DNA of 63,997 nt, filler included, from Basidioascus undulatus (lineage: Eukaryota): the NCBI GenBank assembly GCA_000826855.1. It is 8 parts of 8 records of this genome, joined end to end, with 100 filler letters (N's around TTAATTAATTAA, not from the genome) between each part and the next. Parts side by side here need not be neighbours in the genome. Positions count along the whole stretch, not along the records: positions 48,290 to 53,680 come from JTLS01001948.1; positions 53,781 to 59,146 come from JTLS01001949.1; positions 59,247 to 63,997 come from JTLS01002082.1; 5 more parts are not named here. One strand, given 5' to 3'. The notes under the pieces were generated by a model that saw nothing but the letters and a program-made list of their open reading frames with translations, was not told the DNA's origin and made no database searches. Position 1 is the stretch's first letter, and every line of letters starts with the position of its first letter. The translations under genes and the position numbers were made by a program. This document shows positions 49,977-62,200 of the stretch, piece after piece.

Positions 49977-52002
49977 TTACAACCCGGGAAGATCCCCCAG
50001 ATGAACAGTCCTGACATCCGTGAATACGTCCCGGCTATAGTCCCCGCCCTCCCTGCCCACGCCCGAGCTCTTCATCCCCCCGAACGGCGTGCTCAGCTCG
50101 CGGACCATCCAGCAGTTGACCCAGACCATGCCCGCCTCGAGCTGCTCCGAAACGCGCCGGATCGTACCCACGTCTCGCGCGAGGAGGACGGCGGCGAGGC
50201 CGTGCGGGTTGTCGTTTGCGAGGGCGATCGCTTCGGACTCGGTCTGGAAGGGCGTTACTGTGATTACGGGGCCTTCGAAAACATGCATGGGTCAGGACTG
50301 TGGGCTCGAACGTGGAAGGCTGAAAAGGGCACCGAATATCTCTTCCCGCATGACCCGCGAGCTTTTCGGGTCCAGTCCCTCCACAACAGTCGGATCAACC
50401 CAGTACCCCCTTCCGCGTTCGCCCTCCCCAGCCCCCAGAATCTCAGGCACGCCTCCTAGCGCGAACGTCCCGCCCTCATCCTTCGCCAGCTGTATGTACG
50501 ACCGGACCTTATCGAAGTGTGCCCCGGACACGACGGGCCCCAGCTTCGCTTCTGGGTTCGAGGGGTCGACGGCGTAGGTCAACGCGATGTGCGACACGAG
50601 CGCGCGGACGAAGGGTGCGTAGATGGTGGATTGGACGTAGATGCGGCTGGCTGCTAGGCAAATCTGTCCGGGGTCGGGGAAAGGCTGTTAGGTGCTGCTG
50701 GCAAGTGTTAGGGGGAGGCGGAAACGACACACCTCGCCTTGGTTCTCCATCGCTGCGCGCGCAGTCAGCTCGACGTTGAACTGCATGACGTCTTTCCCGC
50801 CTTGATCGAAAACAATCAGAGGATTCTTCCCTGATATCCCAGCATCTTCAGTTCCAGAAGCCCATGTTTGCAGGAAGGGGAAGCCAGAGAAAAGACCCAC
50901 CGCCGAGCTCGAGCGAGAGTTTTTTGCCGACTGTGCCTGCGCAGACTTGTTGGATGTGGGTGCCGGTCACAGTGCCTTCGTCGCGACTTTAGATGAGTTT
51001 TTAAAGTCATATAGAGGGGGCTTGGAGACGTACCGCCGGTGAAAGAGATGCCCTTCATACGCGGGCTCTTGACAAGCGTTTCGCCTGTAACAGGGCCTCC
51101 GCCAAAAACGATATTAATCACGCCCGGAGGCAGTCCGGCCTCGCGGATGATGTCGGCGAGAACTGCGAAGGTGTGAAAACAAGTTTAAACGAGGGATCAA
51201 CACCAGACATGGTTGTGAAGGCGCACGGAAAGCGGTGATGCTTGTGAGTTCACTCGGCTTGGCGACTGCCGTGCAGCCGAAGGCGAGCGCGGGCGCTATC
51301 TTCCATGTCAGGAGGTAGAGTGGTAGATTCCCTGAGTCCTTTAGAAGTGAGATATGGCCTTTTGGGATATGGTAGCAACCGGAGAATTGGCTCACAAGGT
51401 GAGATAAGAACAAACGGTCCTTTCGGACTGCGGTGCTCGTAAGTCAGAGCGACGCCGTCGATCTGGCGCATCGCATGCCACTGTGTGGAGTTCAAAATGT
51501 CAGAAAGAATATCCCTGTAGGCGGTCTATATCATAGCGCAAGACAGCTTGCTCACCTCGTGCAGGATGTACGTCGCAAAATACTCGAAGTTCGCAATCGC
51601 ACGGTCCACCTCCATCCTTGCCCTGACAAGCGTCTTTCCCTGATCCACCGATTCCCACACCGCAAGGATCTGCTTCCTTCCCTTCATGATCTCCGCCACC
51701 CTAAGCAGGTACTTCGAGCGCGTCTGGCAGGGCAGCGCCGACCAGGCCGGGAAGGCTGCGACAGCCGCGTCGATCGCACGCTCGACTTCGGGGGCGGCGG
51801 TGGAGGGAACGAGCGCAATGACGGTGTCGTTGCGGGGGTTGCGGCTTTCGGTCCAAGAGTCGGGGGAAGAGGCTGTACGGGGGAGGAAGGCGCCGGCGAC
51901 GAAGTTCGCGAGCTCGAGAGGTGCGGAGACGCTGTTCGCGTCGGAGAAGGTGTTGGCTGCCCAGGCTTGCTTTAGGGTATCTTCAGAAGAAATTGAAGAC
52001 AT
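49977..52002 (-). CDS. 2-aminomuconate-semialdehyde dehydrogenase-type aldehyde dehydrogenase (ALDH8A1/AmnC/HMSD subfamily)
   Basis: [78 protein letters not shown] and [27 protein letters not shown]. Confidence 0.9.
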
Positions 52003-52373
52003 GATGGACTCTCTGAGGGCGGGGATTCAAGGACGCAGACTCGATCGAAAGGGCGGCGTGAGACCTGAAGTGGGCAGCCTTGAAAGTGCCGCAGCTGGGG
52101 AAATTGGGTTGTGAGATGATAGACAATTGGAAGGAGTTGATTCGACCACTAGGAGAGATGTCGAGGAATGGGATGGTTGCGGCGGAAGACGCGACACTCA
52201 GAGCAACAGTATGCGGCGGAGATGGTCAGGTGTCTCGGGGCGACAGAGCCGAGCCACGCCCCTTCCCTCCATCGAACTCCTCCCACCGCCGTTGCACCTC
52301 AAAAAACACCTTTACACCTCTCCCACTCCCACCATCACTTTCACGCTGCCACCGTTACGCTCTGAAAGTGATT
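52003..52373. promoter_or_regulatory. 371-bp divergent intergenic region shared by the dehydrogenase and deaminase genes
   Basis: ATG 52002 (minus) and ATG 52374 (plus) are head-to-head. Confidence 0.6.
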
Positions 52374-52939
52374 ATGACCAGCGGCAACGGTACCCCCGTT
52401 TTCCTCGACGAAAGCCGAGCACAGGGTGCGTAGTAATCTGCTGTCTTGAAAACTACATCGGCCACTGGAGTCACAGTTGATATTCTACTACTCAAGGTCT
52501 GGCCAATTATCCGCACGCCAGAATCGTCGGGAACACAGTCTACGTGTCCGGGACGTCTTCGCGCCGCGGCGACGGGACACACGAGGGCGTGCGTTTCTTC
52601 CCCGCCTTCCCTCCTCAGCCACCTTCCTCAAACCCTCCCCAACAGGTAACCGTCCACACCGACGGCTCATTCATCACGGACGTCTTCGCCCAGACGCGCG
52701 CAGTCCTGACCAACATCGCGTCGATCCTCGAGCTCGTGCAGCCGCCGCTCTCGCTAGCCAACGTCGTCGACGCGACGGTCTTCCTGGTCGACATTGCCGA
52801 CTACGCGGATATGAACAAGGCTTGGAACGAGTTCTTTCCGGACCGTACTCAGGCGCCGGCGAGGACGACGGTCGCGGTGCACCAGCTCCCGAATGCGAAG
52901 CTGAGGGTGGAGATCAAGGTTACGGCGGTTCTCGCGTAG
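52374..52939 (+). CDS. RidA/YjgF-family 2-aminomuconate deaminase-like protein (AmnD/NbaF type), 145 aa
   Basis: Exons 52374-52425, 52497-52588 and 52646-52939. Motifs LANYPHAR..VYVSGTSSRRGDGT, QTRAVLTNI, DMNKAWNEFF and PARTTVAVHQLP..VEIKV. Confidence 0.88.
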
Positions 52940-53350
52940 TTGATGTGGTTCAGGGTCATGAATATGGGGTTGGACGGTAAAGTATGGCATCCATGCAAAC
53001 CTCTTGAGCTGCGACTTGAGCGAGAGGTGTATTAAGATGCCGGGATACACGAATGTGCCATGCAGTGCTGTAAACCGGGTGCAGAATGCTGCACACGGGC
53101 GTGAAACGATGACTGAAAGACCGACGTTGTGGCTGTGTTTGTTTCTTGATCGGGTCCAATAACAGCTCACGGTGAACTGCACTAAGCCGAAGTGTCTACG
53201 AGCGTTGAGTGGTGCAACAGGACTGCGAGCCGATTCGATCCTGGACCCCCCTCTCCAATTCTCCCGTTCCGCCCATCGAATACTCGGACGGAAAGATGAC
53301 AGTAAGCAACAGCAGCTCGATCCCATCTGTCCATGTCAAACGCTGCACAT

Positions 53351-53637
53351 CTAGCTGTACATCCCCCCAAACTCCTCCCTCTCCCTCTCCTGCTCCTCCC
53401 GTCTCCTCCTCATGCGCTCCTCTTCCTCCTGCGTACCACCTCCGACACCAGCTCTTCCTCCCTCTCCGAACATTTGCCGAATCGCTGCGACGTCCTCCGC
53501 GTCCAGCCCCTCAGGACCGACAAGGTTCAGCACTGCTCTTCCGCCGGTGAGGGAGTCGAGGAGAGCTTGGAACGCGGCAGCGGGCGTTGGTTCGGGCTGG
53601 GTTTGGGGTTGGGTCCAGCTTGTTGGTTGAAGGGAAG
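53351..53637 (-). CDS. Last exon of a truncated gene ending EREEFGGMYS*
   Basis: CAG acceptor at 53638-53640, open frame to TAG 53351. Upstream exons are lost at the contig end. Confidence 0.55.
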
Positions 53638-53680
53638 CTGCTTTCGCATGTCAGTGGTGAGCCTCGCAAGTCTAGCAAAA

Positions 53681-53780
53681 NNNNNNNNNNNNNNNNNNNN
53701 NNNNNNNNNNNNNNNNNNNNNNNNTTAATTAATTAANNNNNNNNNNNNNNNNNNNNNNNNNNNNNNNNNNNNNNNNNNNN
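53681..53780. other. Artificial contig linker
   Basis: N44-TTAATTAATTAA-N44. Confidence 0.98.
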
Positions 53781-53867
53781 CGGTCGCCCGCCCGCACACC
53801 CACCGGACCCGCTCTTCAGCTTGGGTCGCTCTCCGGTGCAGGAGAGAGCATAAGGACGGAGACGCAC

Positions 53868-53912
53868 CTGGTAATCGCTCCCAGCCCTGAAGTCTGCGAT
53901 TCCGCCAGTCAT
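53868..53912 (-). CDS. First exon of a truncated gene (MTGGIADFRAGSDYQ), weakly reminiscent of a MAP-kinase N-terminus
   Basis: ATG in ACCATG context followed by a CAG|GTGCGT donor. Only 15 codons are visible. Confidence 0.35.
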
Positions 53913-54248
53913 GGTCGTTAGGGGCAGATGGTGGGGGGTGGGGAGGGGGATGAGGCTATGAGGGAGTGGAGTGTCTTATATTGGGTCGAATGTCAGTGCG
54001 GTGGAGAGTGAGCTGTGGGTGTGCTGGGTGTTGTGTGTGGAAAAGGAAAGGGGTCAAGGTCAAGGCAGGTCCCTAGGCCAGGCTAGAGCGAGCGAGTGAA
54101 CGAGGGTGTCCAGCAGGTGCAGGTGTCCGTGTCCGTGCCCCGGCGCGCGAGCCGAGCCGACGCGTCTATCAAGACACTTGAGACCCGCGTTCGCATTCCT
54201 TTGTTCTATTTCCCGCTCCACCACACCTTCCCTTTGTCTTTGTCCGGC

Positions 54249-55178
54249 ATGGCACCTACATCGTGCGTCCTACAAGCAAATATACCATGTGCAGGTTGCA
54301 GGATCCCGGAAGCAGGTCTGATGGAGATGGGGCATTCGCAAAGTGAAGAAGCAGCAGCGGCGTGGACAAGATCACGGTGCATGCAAAGGCGATCGTCTGC
54401 CAGGACGCCGACCTTCGCGGGGATATCACAATCGGCTCGGGGACGGTCATCCAGCCGCGCTGCACCATCCTCGCCGTCTCCGGGCCCATCGTGATCGGCC
54501 CAAACTGCATCGTAGAGGAGACGGCGGCGATCGTTAACCGGTGCGTCTTCGCTCCTCCCCCGCCCCCTCCGTCCCTCCCCGTCCCTCCCCGTTCATCTCC
54601 TCCCACTTACTTCCACGACTTGCGAACGACCCAGCCGTAAAGAACTCATGACGATCGGGACGGAAAACTTGTTCGAGACGGGCTCGCGTGTCGAGTCCCC
54701 CTCCATCGGCGACCGCAACGTCTTCTCCGTGCGGTGCCGCGTGTCCCCGCTCGTGCGCATCGGCTCCGACACCTTCATCGACGCCGGCTGCGTCGTCCTG
54801 CCTCTCCCGTCCCCCTCTACCGCAGCGCTCATCTCCTCCTCCACGCCCACCCCCGCGTCCTCCGCACCCGGCACGCCTGCCCTCTCCTCCGCCACGCCGT
54901 CCGTGCCTGGCACACCTCTCTTCGGCGCGAGTGCGGGTGCTGCCCAGCCACAGATGGAAGAGACCCTACCCAACCGGACGGCAGTGTTTGGGAGCGACGC
55001 GAGGAGGCGCGTGTGGAGCGGCGAGGGACAGGGGCAGCAGAGGGCGCTGCTTGCGAAGCATTTGGAGTATCTTCGGGAGGTGAGTCGCGCTGCTGTTGGA
55101 GAAAGGAGTACTGGGACTGACTGCATGGACGCGCGCGGTTAGATGCTCCCGAAGTACAATCGGTTAAGATTGAATTAG
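54249..55178 (+). CDS. DCTN6: Dynactin subunit 6 (p27)
   Basis: Left-handed beta-helix repeats AIVCQDADLRGDITIGSGTVIQPRCTILAVSGPIVIGPNCIVEE and MTIGTENLFETGS, with C-terminal HLEYLRE|MLPKYNRL. Confidence 0.92.
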
Positions 55179-58100
55179 GGTGGGGAGGAGGGCCGAAACG
55201 CATATATCCCAGCATGCGACGCATTGACATATCCATCTCTTCGTCCTCGTCTTGCTCTCTTCTCGCACAAACAATCTGAACTGAAAAGTCATCCGGTTTG
55301 GCTCTGCTCGCGTGCCTTCGACCGCACACTCACTCATCACTTCGATCGACTCCGCGCAGGACGCGGGGCTGGGATCGAACCCCCAAGGGGCGGCAGACCT
55401 CCCCTCACGTACACGCTCCTCGACCCTCATACCGTGCAAGTCCTCATTCCGCTTCCTCACATCGTCTCGTTAGCTTCCCTTCTACACCGCATCCATGCTG
55501 CGCCTTCGCAAGCCTCGAACCGCCCGCGATACTCGCCACAGCGCTCGCACACACAGCGCCGCACACCTCGCTGCTTGCCTCGGTGGCGCGACGGAGGAGC
55601 GCACTTTCCTTCGCTGCTTTTCCGATACACGGAGCTACCTATAGGGACACACCAGGTATCGTTGGCTGTCATTGTTAGTCCGGTCCGGTACAAAGCGGCC
55701 GCCTGCGTCAGGCTGCTGACGGACCTCGAGCTCCCTGTCCTTTCCTCGCGCGCCCACGCACTCTCACCAGTGGCTCTTCCTCCTGCACGTCCTGCAGTTG
55801 CACTCGGCGCCCTCCTTCTCCTTCGGATCTGCCCGTCGTTGCTGATAATCAGCGCGCCAGAGAGTGAGAACCAGGACGAGTTGGGACCCGGTATTTCGGG
55901 CTGTTCATGCGGTAGCTCTGGATTAGTCATAAAGAGGATACATATTCAAAAAGAAACCAGGAGGGCACTGGCTTCTGCGCTGGGCTATTCGTCACGCGCT
56001 CACTCCTGCTCCGCTGGCGTGCTTCCGGGACAGTCCTACAGTCGCGCAAGATCTATGTCTACATCTTTCTGTAACTCTGGAACATGGGCTTTGAAGCCCT
56101 TCGTACAGAGGGAGGGGCACTGAAGGCCCTCAACCGAAGCGGCTGGGTGGGTTCGCAGTCTCGGAAGCAAAGGTTGGCTTCAGATTCAATTAGTGCCGTT
56201 TTGAGAGTTCCTTTGGTGTCTATATAATGAGTGGATACTGCTGAGGAAAGAAGAGACGCCCGGCGTTTTGATGCGTCGAAGTCTCGAAGAGCGTGTTCGG
56301 CTGCAGGGACGGGCAATGGGCCCGGCGCATGCGAGGAAGGAGGCAGCGTGGATCCTTCGACCCCTTCGCCCCTCCGACTGGGTTTCCTCAATTAGGTTAT
56401 GAGGCCACCTGTTAAGAATTATTTAAACGAGATGCTGCTTGAAGAAAGGTTTTCAAAGTGGGGAAGACGTAGGTCGCTGTCCGGAGGTGAGGGCGATCTC
56501 GCAGGCCGACGAGCTCGCAGGCCGGTTGCGGTAGCGGCGAGGCGGTCTGCGGCACAAGAGGTCCGCCTACGCAGGCGCTGCATATGAGCTATACGCCCCG
56601 AAAAGGACAAGAGCTGCTGCTGCGCTGACAGGAGATTTCGAAAACATGTTTGTGTTGGTCGAGGTTGTCAAGTTGCAAGAGAGTGCAGGCCGCTTTGCAA
56701 GGATGCATGAGGCTGCACCGCGGTCCCTACGCCGCCAGCCAGGCGGACGTGCCAAGCGATAGCTACAGGACCGTGACAGCCACGCGGTCGCTTGGGCAGT
56801 ACGCTTGGGCACGCAAGCTGTATTCGGTTCGTGGTCAGCGGTTCTCTGTGCAGAGTAGTTAGGGCGGGAGAGTGTGGGTGTGGGAGGGGGGGCACGGATG
56901 AGGAGCGCCTGGTGGCACTCAGGCTACAGAGCAAACTTAAAGCTGTCCATGAAAACCTCGTCAGCCTTTTTCGACTTTTTGCAGTGTTCCGCCATAATCT
57001 TGAGGTAGCTGTACTAGTGTACAATCTAAAATAGACCTGCATCTCTTGACGCCTCTCCGGCATCTAATGAATCCATGGACTGACTATGCAGAAAAAGGGG
57101 GTAACGTCGTCCGCTTCCATCTCTCGGCCTGATTGGGCGTCCTCTCATCAGCCGCTTTGTTGTTGCTCAACCTCGATTTGAGCCTTATACAATGCAATCA
57201 GAGATCGTCTGGCGGGTAGCTGCAGGGAACGATTCCATCCTCGGGGCGGGTATTGGCTGCGGCAAGTCCCGCGTCTGCGAGATGATCGCCCTCGGTATCT
57301 CATGAAAGCAATACTTTGACCAAATCCTGGCATTACATCCTTACCTCAGGTCTATGGGTCAAAATACAAGTGCTGCAGAATATATATACACGTCCCCAGC
57401 CGCCCACGTTCCCGAAGCCAAGTTTGACAGGGATGGGTGAGCATTACGTCTTTGCTAAAGGTGGACGCAAAACTCAGGAATACACATCGAGAAGCATCTC
57501 CTAATGATTAACAAGTCATCGAGATGCGTGTTCAGTTCCACAACATCCTGACTTTCAGTGCTGCCTAAGCACATGCATGAGGAGCCTGGAGCTGACCATG
57601 CCGCTGCGCTCTGCCCACTAGATGTCATATCTGCCAAATTAATTATATGACAACTTATTGCTGTTATACCCAGAGCGAATCTGCATCAAGTGCGCCGAGA
57701 ATAGAGGGCTGCAGCTCTAGCGGCATGCTGCAGCACTGACATTCAAACAGTGCCGTGCTCTCCTGCGAGTTTTGCACTCGACTCTTTGACAACAACTTGC
57801 TCATATTACTTTATATGACCCTCGATATCGAACGAATATATCCTCACGGAAGCTGAACGGCATTGGATGCATCGATTCCGCAAACGACAAAGCCCTATCC
57901 ACCAAGGCATACATCGCTTATATCAGATGCTCTATCTTGAATATATTGACTCATGTATTTACTTAGGCATCTCGGCGGAATCCGGTCGACCTCGCTGGAC
58001 GACTCTGTAGCTAGGTGTAGACTGATGAGGTGCACGTCTCGACGAGATGTCCATGACTGTGCTATAACTGGCCCAGCCTGCCCTTGTTTCTGTGAACCCA

Positions 58101-58590
58101 GGCTGCTTACAACCTCCTTGTGCCACAACCACTATCATTTTCTATGCGTCCAGCCGCGCCGTCGCTTGGTTCAAGAACGCTGCTCGTTGAAGACAAGACG
58201 ACCGTCGACTGGGACCTGAAACACCTCACTGACTGACGGCTTTCACGTGTGGTTGACATTATGTCTTCCTCGTCGCCTTTCAACCTCATCCTCATGCCAA
58301 ACGACCTTCATTTCAATCTACACACTTTCAATACTGATGATTTCCATCGAACCCGATGTCTCTCAAACTCGGGTTGAAGGAAGCTCACCGCGAAGACGGT
58401 CGTCGTCCCTGAAGTGACGTCGAATCCCGGACTTGGGAAGCTGCGGACAGCGAGCGCACTGCCGCCCCTGTCCCTTGCCAACGTTCGACTTGACCACCTT
58501 CCACCATCAGCCTTCCATCGAACTGCTCTCGCTTTTTCAACGAACACGCCTAACGAACAACGAAACTCTACGACTCACCATCATACCATC

Positions 58591-59146
58591 ATGGCGCTCT
58601 CCCAGACCGCGCTCATACTCATCACCCTCGCCATAGTGCTCGCGCTCGCCTCGCCCGCCGCGGCGTTTGGCAGGTACGCCTTTCTTTTCGGGGTGCGGAT
58701 GCTTGCTGAGCGGGGGAGCTGAAATCCTTTCAATGCAGTGGGAATGTGCCTTCGTTCTCGTCCGTATAATATCTGCGCTTGTTGAGGGAGAGGGGACTTT
58801 CATGCGGTGGGTGGACACTAAGCGGGTTGGGCGGGGGCGGAACAGGCACATGGAGGGCCGCGGGTTCCGGCACGGTGGTGAGTCGCGGGATACTGGATGA
58901 GAGTGGAAAGGACGAGGATGTTGAATGCACGGCGGACGGCTGCACAGACATCGAGGACACGCTCGCGACCCTCATCCAGACCGTCGCCGGCGGCGGCTTC
59001 CTCTCCGCCCTGACCGGCTCGGACGGGAAGAAGTGGTCTAAGAAGGACATTGCACGCGTGTACTTTGGCAACTGGCTTAGAGACATGTCGCAGGCTGTGG
59101 GTACTCGTTGCCAGCGTCTTCTGTGGGCAGCGGCTGAAGAAGAATG
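58591..59146 (+). CDS. HET-C domain protein, 3'-truncated
   Basis: Signal peptide, then AFG(S)GNVPSFS, GFRHG|DIEDTL and RVYFGNWLRDMSQAV, the HET-C N-terminal signature. Confidence 0.92.
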
Positions 59147-59246
59147 NNNNNNNNNNNNNNNNNNNNNNNNNNNNNNNNNNNNNNNNNNNNTTAATTAATT
59201 AANNNNNNNNNNNNNNNNNNNNNNNNNNNNNNNNNNNNNNNNNNNN
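59147..59246. other. Artificial contig linker
   Basis: N44-TTAATTAATTAA-N44. Confidence 0.98.
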
Positions 59247-62200
59247 CACGTTTCGCGGGAGCTTGAGGAAACCGCTAGAGGTGCTCGAGCTGGACTGTGT
59301 GGATCAAGCGGTGAACCAGGGACCGTTCCACAGCGGGTGGTGGATTCGGTCGAGAGGACGTTGGCGGAAAAGGGGCATTGCGATGTTGATCCTGTAACCT
59401 TTGTTACCGGGACTGTTTAGGGCACGACTATTGTCTGACAATGTTTCAACCGAACGGATGTAAGGCACGAGTGAGTGAAACACTTTGCCGAGATCGCCAT
59501 CCCCGCCCCAGTATCGCTCAGGTGCGGGTCATTGTACGGACGCGAGAGTAGGCGATTAAAAATAATCCCATGCGGTAGATGTGCCTTTGCATGGACTTGA
59601 GTTCCTGTGTCGGAAGTGGTATTCTGCGTTGGCCTGCTTGATGGTCGTTGCGCACCGTGCTGAGGTCCATTACTATGTTTTGACAATGTTTCCTTCTACA
59701 TCGAGGACTCTTGCGATATCTGCCAAAATCCTACTTGCAAGGAGAAGGAATTACTTAATCATCCAGATATCTGGGATTGTACTTTACCGTGTTCGGATTG
59801 TGCGAGACGGCATCTTGAGGTGCACGGCTCCTCATAGTGGTTATTAGTGTTTGCAAAGACAACAGGCATACCTCTTCATGAACCAAATTTCGTTGTTCGG
59901 CATGTTTTTTGAGACCATGCCTTTCCGGACACAACATTCGTGTGTGGAAACAAGTCGGAACGTGGTGTACGCCAGGACGGCGTGGACACACTCTAGAGTC
60001 AAGCCTCATCAATTCAGAATAATCACAGTGGATTTGTCTCTTTAAGCTGCAGGTTGAGGCCTTATCTTTCTGCAGCTCACGAACCATGTCTGCGAGGTGC
60101 GATGCGTTCTGTCGCTGCTGGAAGTATTTCGCCCGGACAATGATCGAAACTTTCAGCGTCCTTTGATCCGCCATATATAATCGACACCTACCAGGAAGAG
60201 CTTGAATACCTTCCGCATCGTATGTTTGTTCTCCACAAAAGAAATCAAGATAGGCTTAGGTGCCTTGGTTTGCTTGGAGCCACAACCTCCGACTCTTCCT
60301 GCGGCAAAAGCCTGGTTGAACAGCACTCCCTGTCACGGCTTCCATATCCAAGACTTTTTCAGTTCACCAAAGGAAGAAACGATCAGCTGTCTGAATGAGA
60401 TCAATTGTAAGGGGTGCGTCGTGCGCCCCGTCCACCGTTGCCGCGTCATGAAACGCTGCCGAAAGGTGCAACGCTGATTGCCGTTGTCCTTGGTTACCGC
60501 CTTCCACAGCGACCAGATCCCACTTTGTCAGCTCGAAGCCGGATCTTTTTCTCCAGCGCCATAGCTTCCTCGTCGTTCGCATCTCGCCACACCCATATTC
60601 CCCAAACCCGCACCCACACCCGCACCCATCCTCCCACACCCGTACCCATCCTCTCCAATGACCTCCCACACCCTTGGCCGCTCGTTCTTGCTGCTCACTT
60701 CCCCCCTCGCGCGGCGACGTTCAAGTACCCGCTCAGTCTCGCCGCACGCACCTTCAGCGCTGGGCTCAAGGTTCGTGGGTGAGCCCATCCGCCGTCTGCT
60801 GTGAAGCGGCGGTTGCTCAGACTGGCAACTTGCAGCTGGACGATCAAAGGCCTTGGCGATAGGCAACAGAAGTTCCAGACGGACGTAGACGTCAGGGTCG
60901 ACAAGGAAAAGGCTGATATCCAGGATATGAAGGAGAAAATGCAGGCTGCGCTGAGGACGTGCAGGGGTGTGGGGAAGGGGTGGGGCAGCCGGGAGGCGCT
61001 CAGCGCCCTGAGGGGGATACGAAGTGAAGGAGGAGCCGCTGAGATGCTTAAAAGACTTGATTGCTGTCGATGTATGACTTAAACACCTTCGAAGGCTCTC
61101 GATCCGGTTTCGGTCTCCGCGACTGACAGCTAAACGGTGAGATTTTCTACAAGAATCGGACTCCGGCTGCCGGCTGTATGGGACAAGTGCTCGCCATCTA
61201 TGTGACTCAATTTCGTTGCGAAATGACGCGCTTTAAAGTACAAGACACAGATCACATAGCTGGTTTCTAAAGCGAGTAGGCAGTCTGACTTGATGATTGC
61301 TCGCAGAAGCGGTGCCAGCGGAATGAACCTCTTTTCAGGGGAGCTAGATTTTCAGTCTATGATCAATCATAAAACGTGACAAAGGGCCGTGGGGAGCGTC
61401 CGAGAGTGCAAGATAGCAAAATACCAGGCTGAAGGGTGAGGGAGACAGGGAGGGGATAGGCACAGAGATACAGAGCTCTGGGAAAGAAGTGCAGAGGCTG
61501 GAAGAGCATAGGATGTCAACTTAAAAATGAATGTGGCTATAGTGCACAAGGCCGGTTGGGAATGCCAGTGCGCAAAGAAGAGGCATAAGCTTGCGGTACC
61601 CAACGATACCGGCAACACATGGAGACCTGGCGTCTGACTGAACACGGCCACAACGCACGGCCACCACCACCATCAACATCTTGGGGTGATGGCGTGTCGT
61701 GGAGTCAACGATTCTTGTTTTCCAAGCTACAATGTTGGACAACGTGCAGTTAGAGCCGTCAAGCTGTCCCTGTCACAATATGCCTTCGAATTGACAGGCG
61801 CAGACGTACGGGTGGACGTCATTACGCAGTCCCAGCCCCACACTATGGACTGTCACTGAAGCCCCGAGCTTGCCCACTGGATAGAGCTTTTGATCGCAGT
61901 GCAACCGGCAACCTCGATTACGTGCTTCGACAACGATGTTTGCGCAATGGAAGGGCGCGCAACGTACGTCAAAACCAAGCCTCGTGTTGCCCCGTTCCTC
62001 TCCCTTACCACAACCATCCTACCGGGCGCATCACCTTGGCGGCCCTTTCACTCCAAACCACCCATACAGACGTCCCATCCCCTTCGCAGCTCACCGCAAT
62101 TGACGTCTGCCGTGGACATGCTATACAAGTTGATGAAACTAGGAGACTACGCAATCAGTATGTCCGGTTTTCTCAGCGCTAGAGTCGTCTTGCTGAACGT

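Noticed and set aside
55224..56647. 299-aa plus-strand ORF and a minus-strand signal-peptide-like start MFSKSPVSAAAALVLFG
   Set aside because: The 299-aa ORF has no coding bias or motif. The signal-like frame stops after 26 codons and no consistent splice model could be built.
26189..59246. Regularly spaced TTAATTAATTAA palindromes as a repeat array or CRISPR-like structure
   Set aside because: They sit inside identical N-runs and are a standard six-frame-stop linker. The spacing reflects contig length sorting.
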